Assembly: GCA_964432535.1 (NCBI GenBank)
Contig: CAYSNJ010000008.1
Span: forward strand, 1,588-65,587
Length of the DNA stretch: 64,000 nt
Direction of reading: 5' to 3'
From: an uncultured Flavobacteriaceae bacterium
GTDB taxonomy: Bacteria; Bacteroidota; Bacteroidia; Flavobacteriales; Flavobacteriaceae
A program made the position numbers and the translations under genes. The number at the start of each line of letters is the position of its first letter. The first letter of the stretch is position 1. Below, in pieces: positions 19,099-28,417 of this stretch. The notes beneath the pieces are model-generated. The model saw only the letters and a list, made by a program, of their open reading frames with translations, was not told where the DNA came from and made no database searches.

Positions 19099-19584
19099 AT
19101 GCAAATTTTCAAAAGAATTAGCATTGCCTATATAATTATTTTTATGTTTGGCTGTAGTTTGTTTGATACTAAAAAGGTTTCTGATGAAGAAATTAGAATT
19201 GCTTCCTCTTGGACAAATAACGATCAGCCACCATCCTTTGAAGAGTGTAATGAATTGGATCCAAGTAATCAAAAAGAGTGTTTTGAAGAGTTGTTGTTAA
19301 AAGCTATTCATTCTAGTCTTAAATCACTTAGCTTTGAGTCTTCGGAGCCAATAAGTTCAATAATTGATGTTGAAATTAAAATTGATGAAAATGGATTATT
19401 TAGTTTAGTAAATTTTAGTGATCCAGATCATGTTTTTAAAAAAATAGTAAACTTAAAAGATGAAATAATCACAATTGTAAATAGTTTACCCAATGCACTC
19501 CCGGCTATTAAAACTAATACAGGATTTTATGTTAATGTTAAGTTCACTATTCCTGTTGAAATTGAAGCTAGTTTGACCAAATGA
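19099..19584 (+). CDS. hypothetical lipoprotein
   Basis: 161 aa with a lipobox-like IIFMFGCS. No confident family assignment. Confidence 0.55.
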   Translation: MQIFKRISIAYIIIFMFGCSLFDTKKVSDEEIRIASSWTNNDQPPSFEECNELDPSNQKECFEELLLKAIHSSLKSLSFESSEPISSIIDVEIKIDENGLFSLVNFSDPDHVFKKIVNLKDEIITIVNSLPNALPAIKTNTGFYVNVKFTIPVEIEASLTK

Positions 19585-20153
19585 TAAATAAAGAAACGAT
19601 TATACTTGGAGTTGATCCTGGAACAACGATAATGGGCTTTGGAGTTATTAAGGTTGAAGGTCAAAAAATGAAATTATTGGAATTAAACGAGCTTCAATTA
19701 AAAAAAGAGAAAGATCATTATACAAAATTGAAATTAATTTTTGAAAGAACGATTCATTTAATTGACAAATATCATCCTGATGAATTAGCAATTGAGGCTC
19801 CTTTTTTCGGAAAGAATGTACAATCCATGTTGAAGTTGGGGAGGGCACAAGGCGTTGCTATGGCTGCTGGTTTATCTAGAGAATTAATAATCAGGGAATA
19901 TTCTCCTAAAAAAATTAAAATGTCAATTACTGGAAGTGGAAATGCATCTAAGGAACAAGTTGCTAAAATGTTACAAAATATTTTTAAAATAAAGGAGTTG
20001 CCTAAAAATTTAGATTCAACTGATGGTTTAGCTGCAGCAGTTTGTCATTTTTACAATAGAAATTCTCCTACTTCTCAAAAAAAATATTCAGGATGGTCTG
20101 CATATATTAGTCAAAATCCTTTAACAATAAAAAACAAGGTGACTAAAGGTTAA
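19581..20153 (+). CDS. ruvC: crossover junction endodeoxyribonuclease
   Basis: 190 aa with the N-terminal ILGVDPGTTIMGFGVI and ...DELAIEAPFFGKNVQSMLKLGRAQG... segments typical of RuvC. Confidence 0.92.
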   Translation: MINKETIILGVDPGTTIMGFGVIKVEGQKMKLLELNELQLKKEKDHYTKLKLIFERTIHLIDKYHPDELAIEAPFFGKNVQSMLKLGRAQGVAMAAGLSRELIIREYSPKKIKMSITGSGNASKEQVAKMLQNIFKIKELPKNLDSTDGLAAAVCHFYNRNSPTSQKKYSGWSAYISQNPLTIKNKVTKG

Positions 20154-20155
20154 TT

Positions 20156-21289
20156 ATGGCTGGAATATATATTCATTACCCTTTTTGTAAACAAGCTTGT
20201 ACTTATTGTAATTTTCATTTTTCGACATCATTGAAAAAGCAGAATGTTATGATTGAGGCAATGCTTAAAGAAATTGAATTAAGAAATAGATTTTTTGATA
20301 ATGAAATTATAAATAGTATTTATTTTGGAGGAGGCTCACCTTCTTTATTAACTACAAAATCAATTGAAAATTTTATACTTCGAATCAAAAAGACATTTAA
20401 TGTTTCGAGCCTAGTTGAAGTAACTGTAGAATTAAACCCAGATGATTCATCAAATGAATACTTAAACGGACTAAAAGACATAGGAGTAAACAGAATAAGT
20501 GTTGGTATTCAATCTTTCATTGAAGAGGATTTAAATTTAATGAAGCGAGCCCATTCTTCTGATCAAGCATTCGGTTCAATTGAAGATGTGAAATCACTTT
20601 TTGAAAACTTTTCAATTGATTTAATATATGGATTACCAAATAGTAATGTTGATAGATGGATGTACAATTTAAAAACAACTTTATCATATTCTCCCCCGCA
20701 TATTTCGTGTTATGCACTAACGGTAGAACCTAAAACTTTATTGCAAAAACAGATTGCTTCTGGAGAAGTATTAGTAATTGATGAAAATATAGTTGAAAAA
20801 CAGTATTTAAATATGCTTGATTATTTAGATGAAAATAATTATGATAATTATGAGTTTTCCAGTTTCGCTAAATCTGGAAAATATTCAGTAAATAATTCTG
20901 GATATTGGGAAGGTATGCCATATATGGGTATTGGACCTTCGGCTCATAGTTATAACGGAATTGACAAAAGAAGTTGGAATATTAACAAAAATAGTATTTA
21001 TATAAAATCAATTAATGAAAATAAGCTTCCGCTAAAGGAAGAATATTTAAGTTTAAAAGATAAGTTTAATGAAATGATAATGATAGGCTTAAGAACATCA
21101 GCTGGAGTTTCATTAGAGAAAATAAAGAGTAAGGTTGGGAATAAATTCGCTTATTATTTAGAGGAAAATTCTAAAAAGAGAATCCTTTCAAATGATTTAT
21201 ACTGGGATGGAGATCATCTACATGTTTCGAAAAAATCTAAATTCTTATCGGATGGAATTGCTTCTGATCTTTTTATAATAGATCTATAA
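20156..21289 (+). CDS. hemW: radical SAM family heme chaperone HemW (HemN-like)
   Basis: 377 aa with the radical-SAM motif CKQACTYCNF near the N-terminus and ...IYFGGGSPSLL. Confidence 0.88.
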   Translation: MAGIYIHYPFCKQACTYCNFHFSTSLKKQNVMIEAMLKEIELRNRFFDNEIINSIYFGGGSPSLLTTKSIENFILRIKKTFNVSSLVEVTVELNPDDSSNEYLNGLKDIGVNRISVGIQSFIEEDLNLMKRAHSSDQAFGSIEDVKSLFENFSIDLIYGLPNSNVDRWMYNLKTTLSYSPPHISCYALTVEPKTLLQKQIASGEVLVIDENIVEKQYLNMLDYLDENNYDNYEFSSFAKSGKYSVNNSGYWEGMPYMGIGPSAHSYNGIDKRSWNINKNSIYIKSINENKLPLKEEYLSLKDKFNEMIMIGLRTSAGVSLEKIKSKVGNKFAYYLEENSKKRILSNDLYWDGDHLHVSKKSKFLSDGIASDLFIIDL

Positions 21290-21290
21290 A

Positions 21291-22676
21291 CTACTTTTTA
21301 TTAAATAATTCCGAAAAATTTTTGTAGAAGTATGGAATTGTTTCAATGCCCTTAAAGAAGTTAAATAATCCAAAGTGTTCGTTGGGAGAATGAATAGCAT
21401 CGCTATTTAGACCAAAACCCATTAAAATTGTTTTGCATTTAAGAATCTCCTCAAACATTGGTACAATCGGTATACTTCCACCATCTCTTACGGAATAAGG
21501 AGCCTTTCCAAAACTTTTTTCGTAAGCTAAATGAGCTGCTCTATAGGCGATATTGTTTGTTGGAGTGACATACGCCTGTCCTCCATGATGAGTAGTGACA
21601 CTCACTTTTACTGAAGAAGGAGCAATTTTTTTAAAATGATTTTCAAAAAGTAAACTTATTTTCTCCCAATTTTGGTTAGGCACCAGTCTCATGGATATTT
21701 TAGCATAAGCTTCACTAGGAATCACAGTTTTAGCCCCTTCACCTGTGTATCCACCCCATATTCCATTTACATCTAGGGTAGGGCGGATGGATTTTCTCTC
21801 TTGAGTAGTAAAACCTTGTTCACCTGATGTTGAATTGATATTAAGAGAATCTTTAAATGACTTTTCGTTGAACGGTATTTTTGCCATTTCTTTTCGTTCT
21901 TCTTCGCTTAAATCAACAACATCATCATAAAATCCGGGTATATTAATTTTTCCTCCATTGTCTTTAAGACTACTTATCATATCACAAAGAGTATTTATAG
22001 GATTGGCCACGGTCCCTCCATATAAGCCAGAATGCAAGTCACGATTTGGCCCTGTAACTTTAACTTCCATATAGCTAAGACCTCTAAGACCTGTAGTAAT
22101 TGAAGGTTGAGAGTTGTTTAAAATCCCAGTATCTGAAATTAAAATAACATCAGACTTTAAACGATTAGAATTTTCACGAATAAAAATCTCTAAATTATCA
22201 CTTCCTACTTCCTCTTCTCCTTCGATCATAAATTTCACATTACATGGGAGGTCTTTATTGCTTATCATTAACTCAAGCGCCTTAACATGCATAAACATTT
22301 GTCCTTTGTCATCACAAGAACCTCTGGCAAAAACTGCCCCTTCAGGATGTATATCAGTCTTTTTTATTATTGGTTCAAAAGGTGGATTTTTCCAAAGATC
22401 AACTGGGTCAGGTGGTTGAACATCGTAATGACCGTAAACTAAAATAGTTGGAAGATTCGGGTTTAATATTTTTTCTCCGTAAACAATTGGGTGTCCTTTA
22501 GTTGAAATGATTTCAATATTTTCACAACCTGCTAAAGAGATTGAATTGGCTAGCCATATTGCAGCATCATTCACATATTTTTTATACTTAGGATCTGCAC
22601 TAATAGAGGGGATTTTAAGAAAATCAATTAATTCATTTATATATTGATCTTTTTTATTCTGTGATAGTTTGTACAT
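21291..22676 (-). CDS. M20-family dipeptidase
   Basis: 461 aa with ...YGHYDVQP..., ...ARGSCDDKG... and ...IEGEEEVGS... motifs of M20 metallopeptidases. Confidence 0.85.
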   Translation of the reverse strand: MYKLSQNKKDQYINELIDFLKIPSISADPKYKKYVNDAAIWLANSISLAGCENIEIISTKGHPIVYGEKILNPNLPTILVYGHYDVQPPDPVDLWKNPPFEPIIKKTDIHPEGAVFARGSCDDKGQMFMHVKALELMISNKDLPCNVKFMIEGEEEVGSDNLEIFIRENSNRLKSDVILISDTGILNNSQPSITTGLRGLSYMEVKVTGPNRDLHSGLYGGTVANPINTLCDMISSLKDNGGKINIPGFYDDVVDLSEEERKEMAKIPFNEKSFKDSLNINSTSGEQGFTTQERKSIRPTLDVNGIWGGYTGEGAKTVIPSEAYAKISMRLVPNQNWEKISLLFENHFKKIAPSSVKVSVTTHHGGQAYVTPTNNIAYRAAHLAYEKSFGKAPYSVRDGGSIPIVPMFEEILKCKTILMGFGLNSDAIHSPNEHFGLFNFFKGIETIPYFYKNFSELFNKK

Positions 22677-22782
22677 GAATAATTTATTGATTTGTAAAAA
22701 TAAGAAAAGCTAGGAATCAAATTAGTAAGATCTAATAATTTTATAAAAACTTGTTTATATTTGTCTCCTAATTTTAAGAGTA

Positions 22783-22864
22783 GCGGGTGTGGTGAAATTG
22801 GTAGACACGCTAGACTTAGGATCTAGTGCTTCACGGCTTGGGGGTTCGAGTCCCTTCACCCGCA
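22783..22864 (+). tRNA. tRNA-Leu (anticodon TAG), long variable arm, no encoded CCA
   Basis: Hand-folded. Acceptor GCGGGTG/CACCCGC, anticodon stem CTAGA/TCTAG with loop CTTAGGA, a long extra arm and a TTCGAGT T-loop. A TATATTTG (-7 box) lies at 22756-22763. Confidence 0.9.
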
Positions 22865-22865
22865 C

Positions 22866-22898
22866 AAAAAAAACCTCACTTACAAGTGAGGTTTTTTT
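22866..22898. terminator. bidirectional rho-independent terminator
   Basis: A8 run, then stem AACCTCACT (22872-80) / AGTGAGGTT (22885-93) with a 4-nt loop, then a T7 run. It sits between convergent tRNA-Leu (+) and the 22907..23647 gene (-). Confidence 0.8.
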
Positions 22899-22906
22899 AT
22901 TATGAA

Positions 22907-23647
22907 TTATCTTTTAAATTTAAATTTTTGTAATTGGATATCATCCAAACCGTTATCATCAAACGGGTATTCCATCTGATCTTGTATGTTATAGAGTGAA
23001 ATAAGTATGAACTCACTTAAAATAACCACGAAAGAAGTTAAAAGAATTGCTCCTGGCTCATTTCCCATTTTATGAATTATAGTTGGAGTATAAACTAAAG
23101 GGAAAAGATATATAAATATTAAACAATAGGCTTTAAGGCTAATTGGAGTCCTGTGAAGGTGAATTGCAATTAAGTTGTCTTGACCATCACTTACATCTCT
23201 TAAAAAGCGAACTGCTTTCCCTCGTATTCCACTTGAAATATATTCATTGTTGTTATTTATAAAACTAAAAAGCTCTTCTGTGTTATTGTCTATCTTTTTT
23301 AAATTAATATCCGGTTTGGATAGTTCTTTTAGAAACTCACTTTCAAGTTTGTTCATTAGTAAAGAAAACTCGTTAAACATATCATCAGTAAGCTTGCTCA
23401 TCTTAAGATAGTGTTCAACAGTCCTTAAATTACTTCTAAATTGACTTAAATGTTCCAAAGCTTTTTCTCGTCTTCGAAAAGCAGATCGAATACAAAATAC
23501 TAATGGAAAAATAATAGCAATACTTATTAGCGTCAGATCTATTTCATAATCTATTTTGTTTTTTTCGGCAAAATAGAGAACTCCAATAGAAATTAAAACA
23601 GCTATTAATGTTTTATAATTGATAATTACAAGATATCGGTTTAGCAT
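22907..23647 (-). CDS. bestrophin/UPF0187-like membrane protein (putative anion channel)
   Basis: 246 aa with N-terminal TM helices followed by ...IFPLVFCIRSAFRRREKALEHL..., resembling bacterial bestrophin homologues. Judged by eye only. Confidence 0.5.
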   Translation of the reverse strand: MLNRYLVIINYKTLIAVLISIGVLYFAEKNKIDYEIDLTLISIAIIFPLVFCIRSAFRRREKALEHLSQFRSNLRTVEHYLKMSKLTDDMFNEFSLLMNKLESEFLKELSKPDINLKKIDNNTEELFSFINNNNEYISSGIRGKAVRFLRDVSDGQDNLIAIHLHRTPISLKAYCLIFIYLFPLVYTPTIIHKMGNEPGAILLTSFVVILSEFILISLYNIQDQMEYPFDDNGLDDIQLQKFKFKR

Positions 23648-23690
23648 CTGAATAAATTTTTTTATATTCCCTAAAAATAAACACTATATC

Positions 23691-24719
23691 ATGAATAAAC
23701 AAGTAAACTTATTATTGTTATTATTTATTGGTCTTTTTTCCTTTGGACAAAATTCTGATGGATATACTCTTCTTTTTCAAAATGAAGAGCCATTAAAAAT
23801 AAAATTAAAATACTCTAACAAAGAGATGAATAAAAAAACTAATGACTCTACTTTCATTGAAACTCAACTTTCATTCGAACAAGATGGAGTATGGAGTGAC
23901 ATTGATGTTAGACTTAGAGCTAGAGGAAACTTTCGAAGAAACACCTGTTACTGGCCTCCTGTAAGAGTTAAAATTAAAAAATCAGCAGCAAAAGGAACTA
24001 TTTTTCAGGGCAACAAGAGCTTAAAGCTTGTTTTGCCATGTATGAAAGAATCAGACAACAATGACAATATAATGAAGGAGTATATGGCATATAAACTCTA
24101 TGAGCAGATTTCACCTTATCATTTTAATGCAAGAAGAGTAGATATTGAGTTTACTGAAGTTTATGGGAGAAAAGGTAAAGAAAGAAAAATGATTCAATTA
24201 AAGGGTTTTTTAATAGAGGATGATGATATAGTAGCAAAACGATTTGAAGGAAAAGTAGTTGATAGATTTATTCACCCTCTAGCCATGGACGCTGAAACTT
24301 CAGTTCAAAATGCATTTTTTAATTTTTTAATTGGAAACACAGATATTTCTGTTGCTTACCAGCACAATGCAAAATTGCTTTACATTGGAAAAAGACTTAT
24401 TCCACTATCTTATGATTTTGACATGACAGGATTCGTAAATCCTAGCTATGCAACTGTAAATGAAACCTTAGGTATAAAATCTGTCAGAGACAGGAAATAT
24501 AGAGGTTTTAAAAGAGACGGGAAGATTATTGAGTCAGTTAGACAACTTTACATAAGTAAAAAAACGGATTTAATGGCAATAATTGAATCACATGCTTCTC
24601 AATTCGACAGTGAAAAAGAGTATAAGGAGACATACAAGTTTCTAAATAGTTTTTATGAAGTTATAGAGAACGATAAAGAGTTTAACTCTCAAATTGTTAG
24701 TACAGCAAGAACAAAATAG
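23691..24719 (+). CDS. secreted hypothetical protein, CotH-like by motif pattern
   Basis: 342 aa with a signal peptide. The ...KEYMAYKLYEQIS...VDIEF...LKGFLIEDDD... and ...FLIGNTDISVAYQHNAKLLY...PLSYDFDMTGF segments resemble the CotH core (N...D.D..fG). Confidence 0.4.
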   Translation: MNKQVNLLLLLFIGLFSFGQNSDGYTLLFQNEEPLKIKLKYSNKEMNKKTNDSTFIETQLSFEQDGVWSDIDVRLRARGNFRRNTCYWPPVRVKIKKSAAKGTIFQGNKSLKLVLPCMKESDNNDNIMKEYMAYKLYEQISPYHFNARRVDIEFTEVYGRKGKERKMIQLKGFLIEDDDIVAKRFEGKVVDRFIHPLAMDAETSVQNAFFNFLIGNTDISVAYQHNAKLLYIGKRLIPLSYDFDMTGFVNPSYATVNETLGIKSVRDRKYRGFKRDGKIIESVRQLYISKKTDLMAIIESHASQFDSEKEYKETYKFLNSFYEVIENDKEFNSQIVSTARTK

Positions 24720-24737
24720 ATAACCCTTGAATTAAAA

Positions 24738-25844
24738 TTAATCTACCGCAGTTTTTAGCTTGCTAAATATTGCGGTATTTTCATAAATACCCTTGAATAA
24801 ATCTGAAGATGGACCAAAACTAAAAACAGGCACCATAGTCCCACTATGGCCAATAGTTGTAAAATCTCCAACAACAGTACCTTTTTTCACATTCCCTTTT
24901 TTTAAAGCAAGGCCCCCTGTTTCATGGTCTGCTGTAACAACTATGAGAGTATTTTTGTCGTTTTTAGCGAATTTTAAGGCACTTGAAATCGCATTATTAA
25001 AATCTTTAAATTCTGATAAGATGTAAGCTAACTCATTTGCATGTCCTCCCCAGTCAATTTGAGATCCCTCAACCATTAAAAAAAATGGTTTTCCATCGTC
25101 TTTTAATTTGTTAAGAGTAGATTCAACAAGTGATGCTAAGTCAGGTTTTCTTCCTGAATTTATAGGTGGAGGCTCGTCAGAATAAGTAAAAAATCCTAAT
25201 TTATTTCTAGTTGATTTAATATAACTATCCAGGTTATTGACAATTTCATATCCTTCACTTTCCATTTCTTCAATTAAATTTTTTTTATCAGCCCTTCTGT
25301 TAAAGTGTTTTCGGCCTCCTCCTATGAAATAATTTACGCTGTTATATCTCAGTTGTAGGGCAATGTCATCGTATTGTCTTCTTGAGTTGACATTAGCATA
25401 AAACGATGCAGGTGTTGCATGAACGATACTGGAAGTTGCTATTAGTGCAGTAGAAAAGTCAATTGAATTACAATATTCAAGAATAGATTCAAGCTTTTTA
25501 TTTTTTGGATTTATTCCAACTACTCCGTTATATGTTTTTTCTCCACATGCCATTGCTGTTCCACTCGCCGCAGAATCAGTTACTAGCTGATTATAAGAAT
25601 GTGTTTTAGAAAGACCGATATATTCCATTTCTTCTAATGAACTGGTGTTTTTATTTGAATACATTCCAGCTGATATTTGAGATAAACCCATTCCATCTCC
25701 AATCATGAAAATTATATTTGGTTTTTCATTAGTTTTTAATAAAGTAAAGGATTTAGGGTATTCTTGCTCTTGAGAGAAAACAATGGATGAAATTGTTAGA
25801 GACAACAGAACAAAAAGTAGATATTTTTTGTTATTAGAAATCAT
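24738..25844 (-). CDS. phoA: alkaline phosphatase
   Basis: 368 aa with a signal peptide, the ...FMIGDGMG... metal site and the active-site DSAASGTA motif. Confidence 0.9.
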   Translation of the reverse strand: MISNNKKYLLFVLLSLTISSIVFSQEQEYPKSFTLLKTNEKPNIIFMIGDGMGLSQISAGMYSNKNTSSLEEMEYIGLSKTHSYNQLVTDSAASGTAMACGEKTYNGVVGINPKNKKLESILEYCNSIDFSTALIATSSIVHATPASFYANVNSRRQYDDIALQLRYNSVNYFIGGGRKHFNRRADKKNLIEEMESEGYEIVNNLDSYIKSTRNKLGFFTYSDEPPPINSGRKPDLASLVESTLNKLKDDGKPFFLMVEGSQIDWGGHANELAYILSEFKDFNNAISSALKFAKNDKNTLIVVTADHETGGLALKKGNVKKGTVVGDFTTIGHSGTMVPVFSFGPSSDLFKGIYENTAIFSKLKTAVD

Positions 25845-25888
25845 TTATTTTAAATTTTGAAATTCAAAGTTAATACAATGTTGTTCTC

Positions 25889-27154
25889 CTACAAATATTT
25901 TTTTAGATCCCAAAAAATCTTGTCAGTTGCACCCTTATTACGCTCTATGTATTTGAAATTAATCATTCTTCCAAATTTTAAATTTTTAATTATTTTCGAT
26001 GAAATTTTATTGAACTCATGGTTTGAGGAGACTGAAAAGCATCCTCCTATTTTTATTAAATCATTTGCTTCTGGAAATTTTTTATAATTTTCACCAATTA
26101 TGATGGGGATATCATACACTGCGGCTTCAAGAATATTATGTAAACCCGAGTGACCCATTCCTCCCCCTACATAGCACCATTTTGCATATCTGTATGCGTA
26201 TTTCAATACTCCAATTTGATCGAGAATAAGCACTTTCTTTGATTTATCGTTTTTACTAGAATATTTACTCCAAAGGGCAAAAGGAATATTTAATTTTGAA
26301 GTCAATGATGAAATTGATTTTTTACTACAATCGTGAGGAGCAATTATCACTTTTAAACTTTCACTAAAATGAATAGAATCAATAAACAGAGTGTAATCTT
26401 CATCCCATGTACTTCCAGCCACCCAACATGGGATATTTTTTGTAAAATCATCAAGTATTTTAAAATCTTTTTTTTCATTTAAAACATCAAGAACTCTATC
26501 CATTCGAAGATCTCCTAAAGTGGTTGTATTTGTAATTCCGTTATGATTTAATATCTTTTGAGAATTAAAATTTGCAGGATAAAAATGAGTGATAGTTCTT
26601 AAAGCATCTTTAAACCAAAATGCCCATGGTTTCCAAAATATATTATCCCTTTTAAATTCACTTGATATAGATAAGACAGGAACTTCAACTTTTTTTAAAG
26701 AGTAAAGCATATTTGGCCAAAATTCATTTTTTGATAAAACAACAATCTTTGGGTTTATAAAATTAATTATTAAGTCAATATGTCTCGTTATGTCAAGAGG
26801 GATATATCCAACCCAATCGACCAAAGAATATTTTTTTACAGCACTATATCCAGATGGAGAAAAAAATGTGAGTGCAATTTTGTGTGTTGTAAATCTAGCT
26901 TTTATTTTTTCAATTAAAGGTCTGCATTGTTCAAACTCACCTAATGAAGAGCAATGAAACCATATTACTGAAGATGTTAAAGAACGAAAAATTTCAAAAT
27001 TATTATTTTCGATAAGTTCTTTATTTTTTTTTCTGCCTAAATAAAATTCTTTATATTTTTCATTAAATAGATTTTTACCACAAATCTTTATGGAAAAAAT
27101 TGGGAGACAAAAATTCAGAAATCTGATTATTGAAGAGTAAATAAAAGAAGTCAT
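25889..27154 (-). CDS. waaA: 3-deoxy-D-manno-octulosonic acid (Kdo) transferase
   Basis: About 421 aa from ATG 27154; the ORF-track start at 27175 is a TTG. The ...WFHCSSLGEFEQCRPLIEKIK... segment is typical of WaaA/KdtA. Confidence 0.85.
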   Translation of the reverse strand: MTSFIYSSIIRFLNFCLPIFSIKICGKNLFNEKYKEFYLGRKKNKELIENNNFEIFRSLTSSVIWFHCSSLGEFEQCRPLIEKIKARFTTHKIALTFFSPSGYSAVKKYSLVDWVGYIPLDITRHIDLIINFINPKIVVLSKNEFWPNMLYSLKKVEVPVLSISSEFKRDNIFWKPWAFWFKDALRTITHFYPANFNSQKILNHNGITNTTTLGDLRMDRVLDVLNEKKDFKILDDFTKNIPCWVAGSTWDEDYTLFIDSIHFSESLKVIIAPHDCSKKSISSLTSKLNIPFALWSKYSSKNDKSKKVLILDQIGVLKYAYRYAKWCYVGGGMGHSGLHNILEAAVYDIPIIIGENYKKFPEANDLIKIGGCFSVSSNHEFNKISSKIIKNLKFGRMINFKYIERNKGATDKIFWDLKKYL

Positions 27155-27263
27155 TTTTGAGCACAAAAATTTCAAAACAAATATTTTTTATAAAATTAAA
27201 CTAAATAAATGGTTTGATATATTCAAAATGCTTTGATGTCTGTTTTTAGAAGAATGTTTTTCT

Positions 27264-27271
27264 TATTTTTG
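27264..27271 (+). promoter_or_regulatory. -7 box TATTTTTG (TAnnTTTG) for the DegT-family gene
   Basis: Read directly. It ends 15 nt upstream of ATG 27287 and lies inside the ORF-track N-terminal extension, which supports the shorter gene model. Confidence 0.4.
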
Positions 27272-27286
27272 AACCAAATTTTTTAT

Positions 27287-28417
27287 ATGAAAAAAATTAA
27301 TATGGTTGATTTAGCCGGTCAATTCAAACCGATTTCTAATGATGTTAATCTCGCAATTAACAAGGTTATTGAAAACACATCATTTATAAATGGTCCAGCA
27401 GTAAATAGTTTTCAAAAAAATCTAGAAAATTATCTTGATGTGAAACATGTGGTTCCTTGTGCAAACGGAACTGATGCTCTTCAAATTGCTTTGATGTCTT
27501 TAGATCTCAATCCAGGGGATGAAATAATTACTGTTGATTTCACTTTTGCTTCCACTGTTGAGGTAATAGCACTTTTAAAATTGACTCCGGTCTTAGTAGA
27601 TGTTGATTCTGAAACTTTTAATATAAACTTAGATTCCTTAGAGTCAGCTATAAATGAAAAATCTAGAGTAATAGTACCAGTTCACCTATTTGGTCAAGTG
27701 GCAAATATGGATGAAATAAATCGGATAGCTAAAAAACACAATCTGGATATTATTGAAGATGCAGCCCAAGCTATTGGTGCAAATTATAAATTTTTGGATG
27801 GTACCAAGAAAAAAGCTGGAACAATAGGATTAATTGGTACAACCTCCTTTTTTCCATCTAAAAACCTTGGAGCTTATGGTGATGGAGGAGCAATTTTCAC
27901 AAATGATGACAAGTTAGCTTACAAAATAAGAGGAATTGTGAATCATGGAATGTATGAGAGATATCATCATGATGTTGTTGGGGTAAACTCTCGGTTAGAC
28001 TCAATTCAAGCAGCAATTTTAGATATTAAACTCAAATCTCTTGATAATTATAATAATTCTCGCAAAAATTCAGCATCAAAATATACTGAGTTACTGAAAG
28101 ATCATGATAAAATTATAACTCCTAAGATTGTAGGCGATCCCGATTCCCATGTATTTCATCAATATACTTTAATTATATTAGATGCGAACAGAGATGACCT
28201 TGTAAAATTTTTAAATCAAAATGATATTCCATGTGGAGTATACTACCCCATTCCACTTCACAAACAAAAAGCTTATGGAGATAAGAAATATGATGAAAAA
28301 GATTTTAAAACAACCAATAGTTTATCAAAATCAGTAGTTTCCCTTCCTATGCACACTGAGCTTGAGGATGATCAAATTGAGTTTATTTGTAAAAAAATAA
28401 TTGAATATTTAGATTAA
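27287..28417 (+). CDS. DegT/DnrJ/EryC1/StrS-family sugar aminotransferase
   Basis: About 376 aa from MKKINMVDL... A Lys-containing ...SFFPSKNLGAYGDGG... motif is typical of the family. Confidence 0.85.
   Translation: MKKINMVDLAGQFKPISNDVNLAINKVIENTSFINGPAVNSFQKNLENYLDVKHVVPCANGTDALQIALMSLDLNPGDEIITVDFTFASTVEVIALLKLTPVLVDVDSETFNINLDSLESAINEKSRVIVPVHLFGQVANMDEINRIAKKHNLDIIEDAAQAIGANYKFLDGTKKKAGTIGLIGTTSFFPSKNLGAYGDGGAIFTNDDKLAYKIRGIVNHGMYERYHHDVVGVNSRLDSIQAAILDIKLKSLDNYNNSRKNSASKYTELLKDHDKIITPKIVGDPDSHVFHQYTLIILDANRDDLVKFLNQNDIPCGVYYPIPLHKQKAYGDKKYDEKDFKTTNSLSKSVVSLPMHTELEDDQIEFICKKIIEYLD

Noticed and set aside
19072-19272. 66-aa minus-strand ORF overlapping the lipoprotein gene start
   Set aside because: The plus-strand 161-aa ORF has a lipoprotein signal and reads into ruvC with a 4-nt overlap. 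The minus-strand ORF has no support.
22741-22758. 18-nt exact repeat TTATAAAAACTTGTTTAT shared by the tRNA-Leu upstream region and the phe-leader upstream region (41807-41824), as a possible shared regulatory element
   Set aside because: A rough estimate assumed about 35/35/15/15% base composition and all position pairs in 64 kb. It gives on the order of 0.1-1 such matches by chance. The repeat also sits at different distances from the -7 boxes in the two loci. It may just reflect AT-rich promoter/-33 sequence.
25857-26087. 76-aa plus-strand ORF at the phoA/waaA junction
   Set aside because: It overlaps the well-supported waaA 3' end on the opposite strand. It is a shadow ORF.
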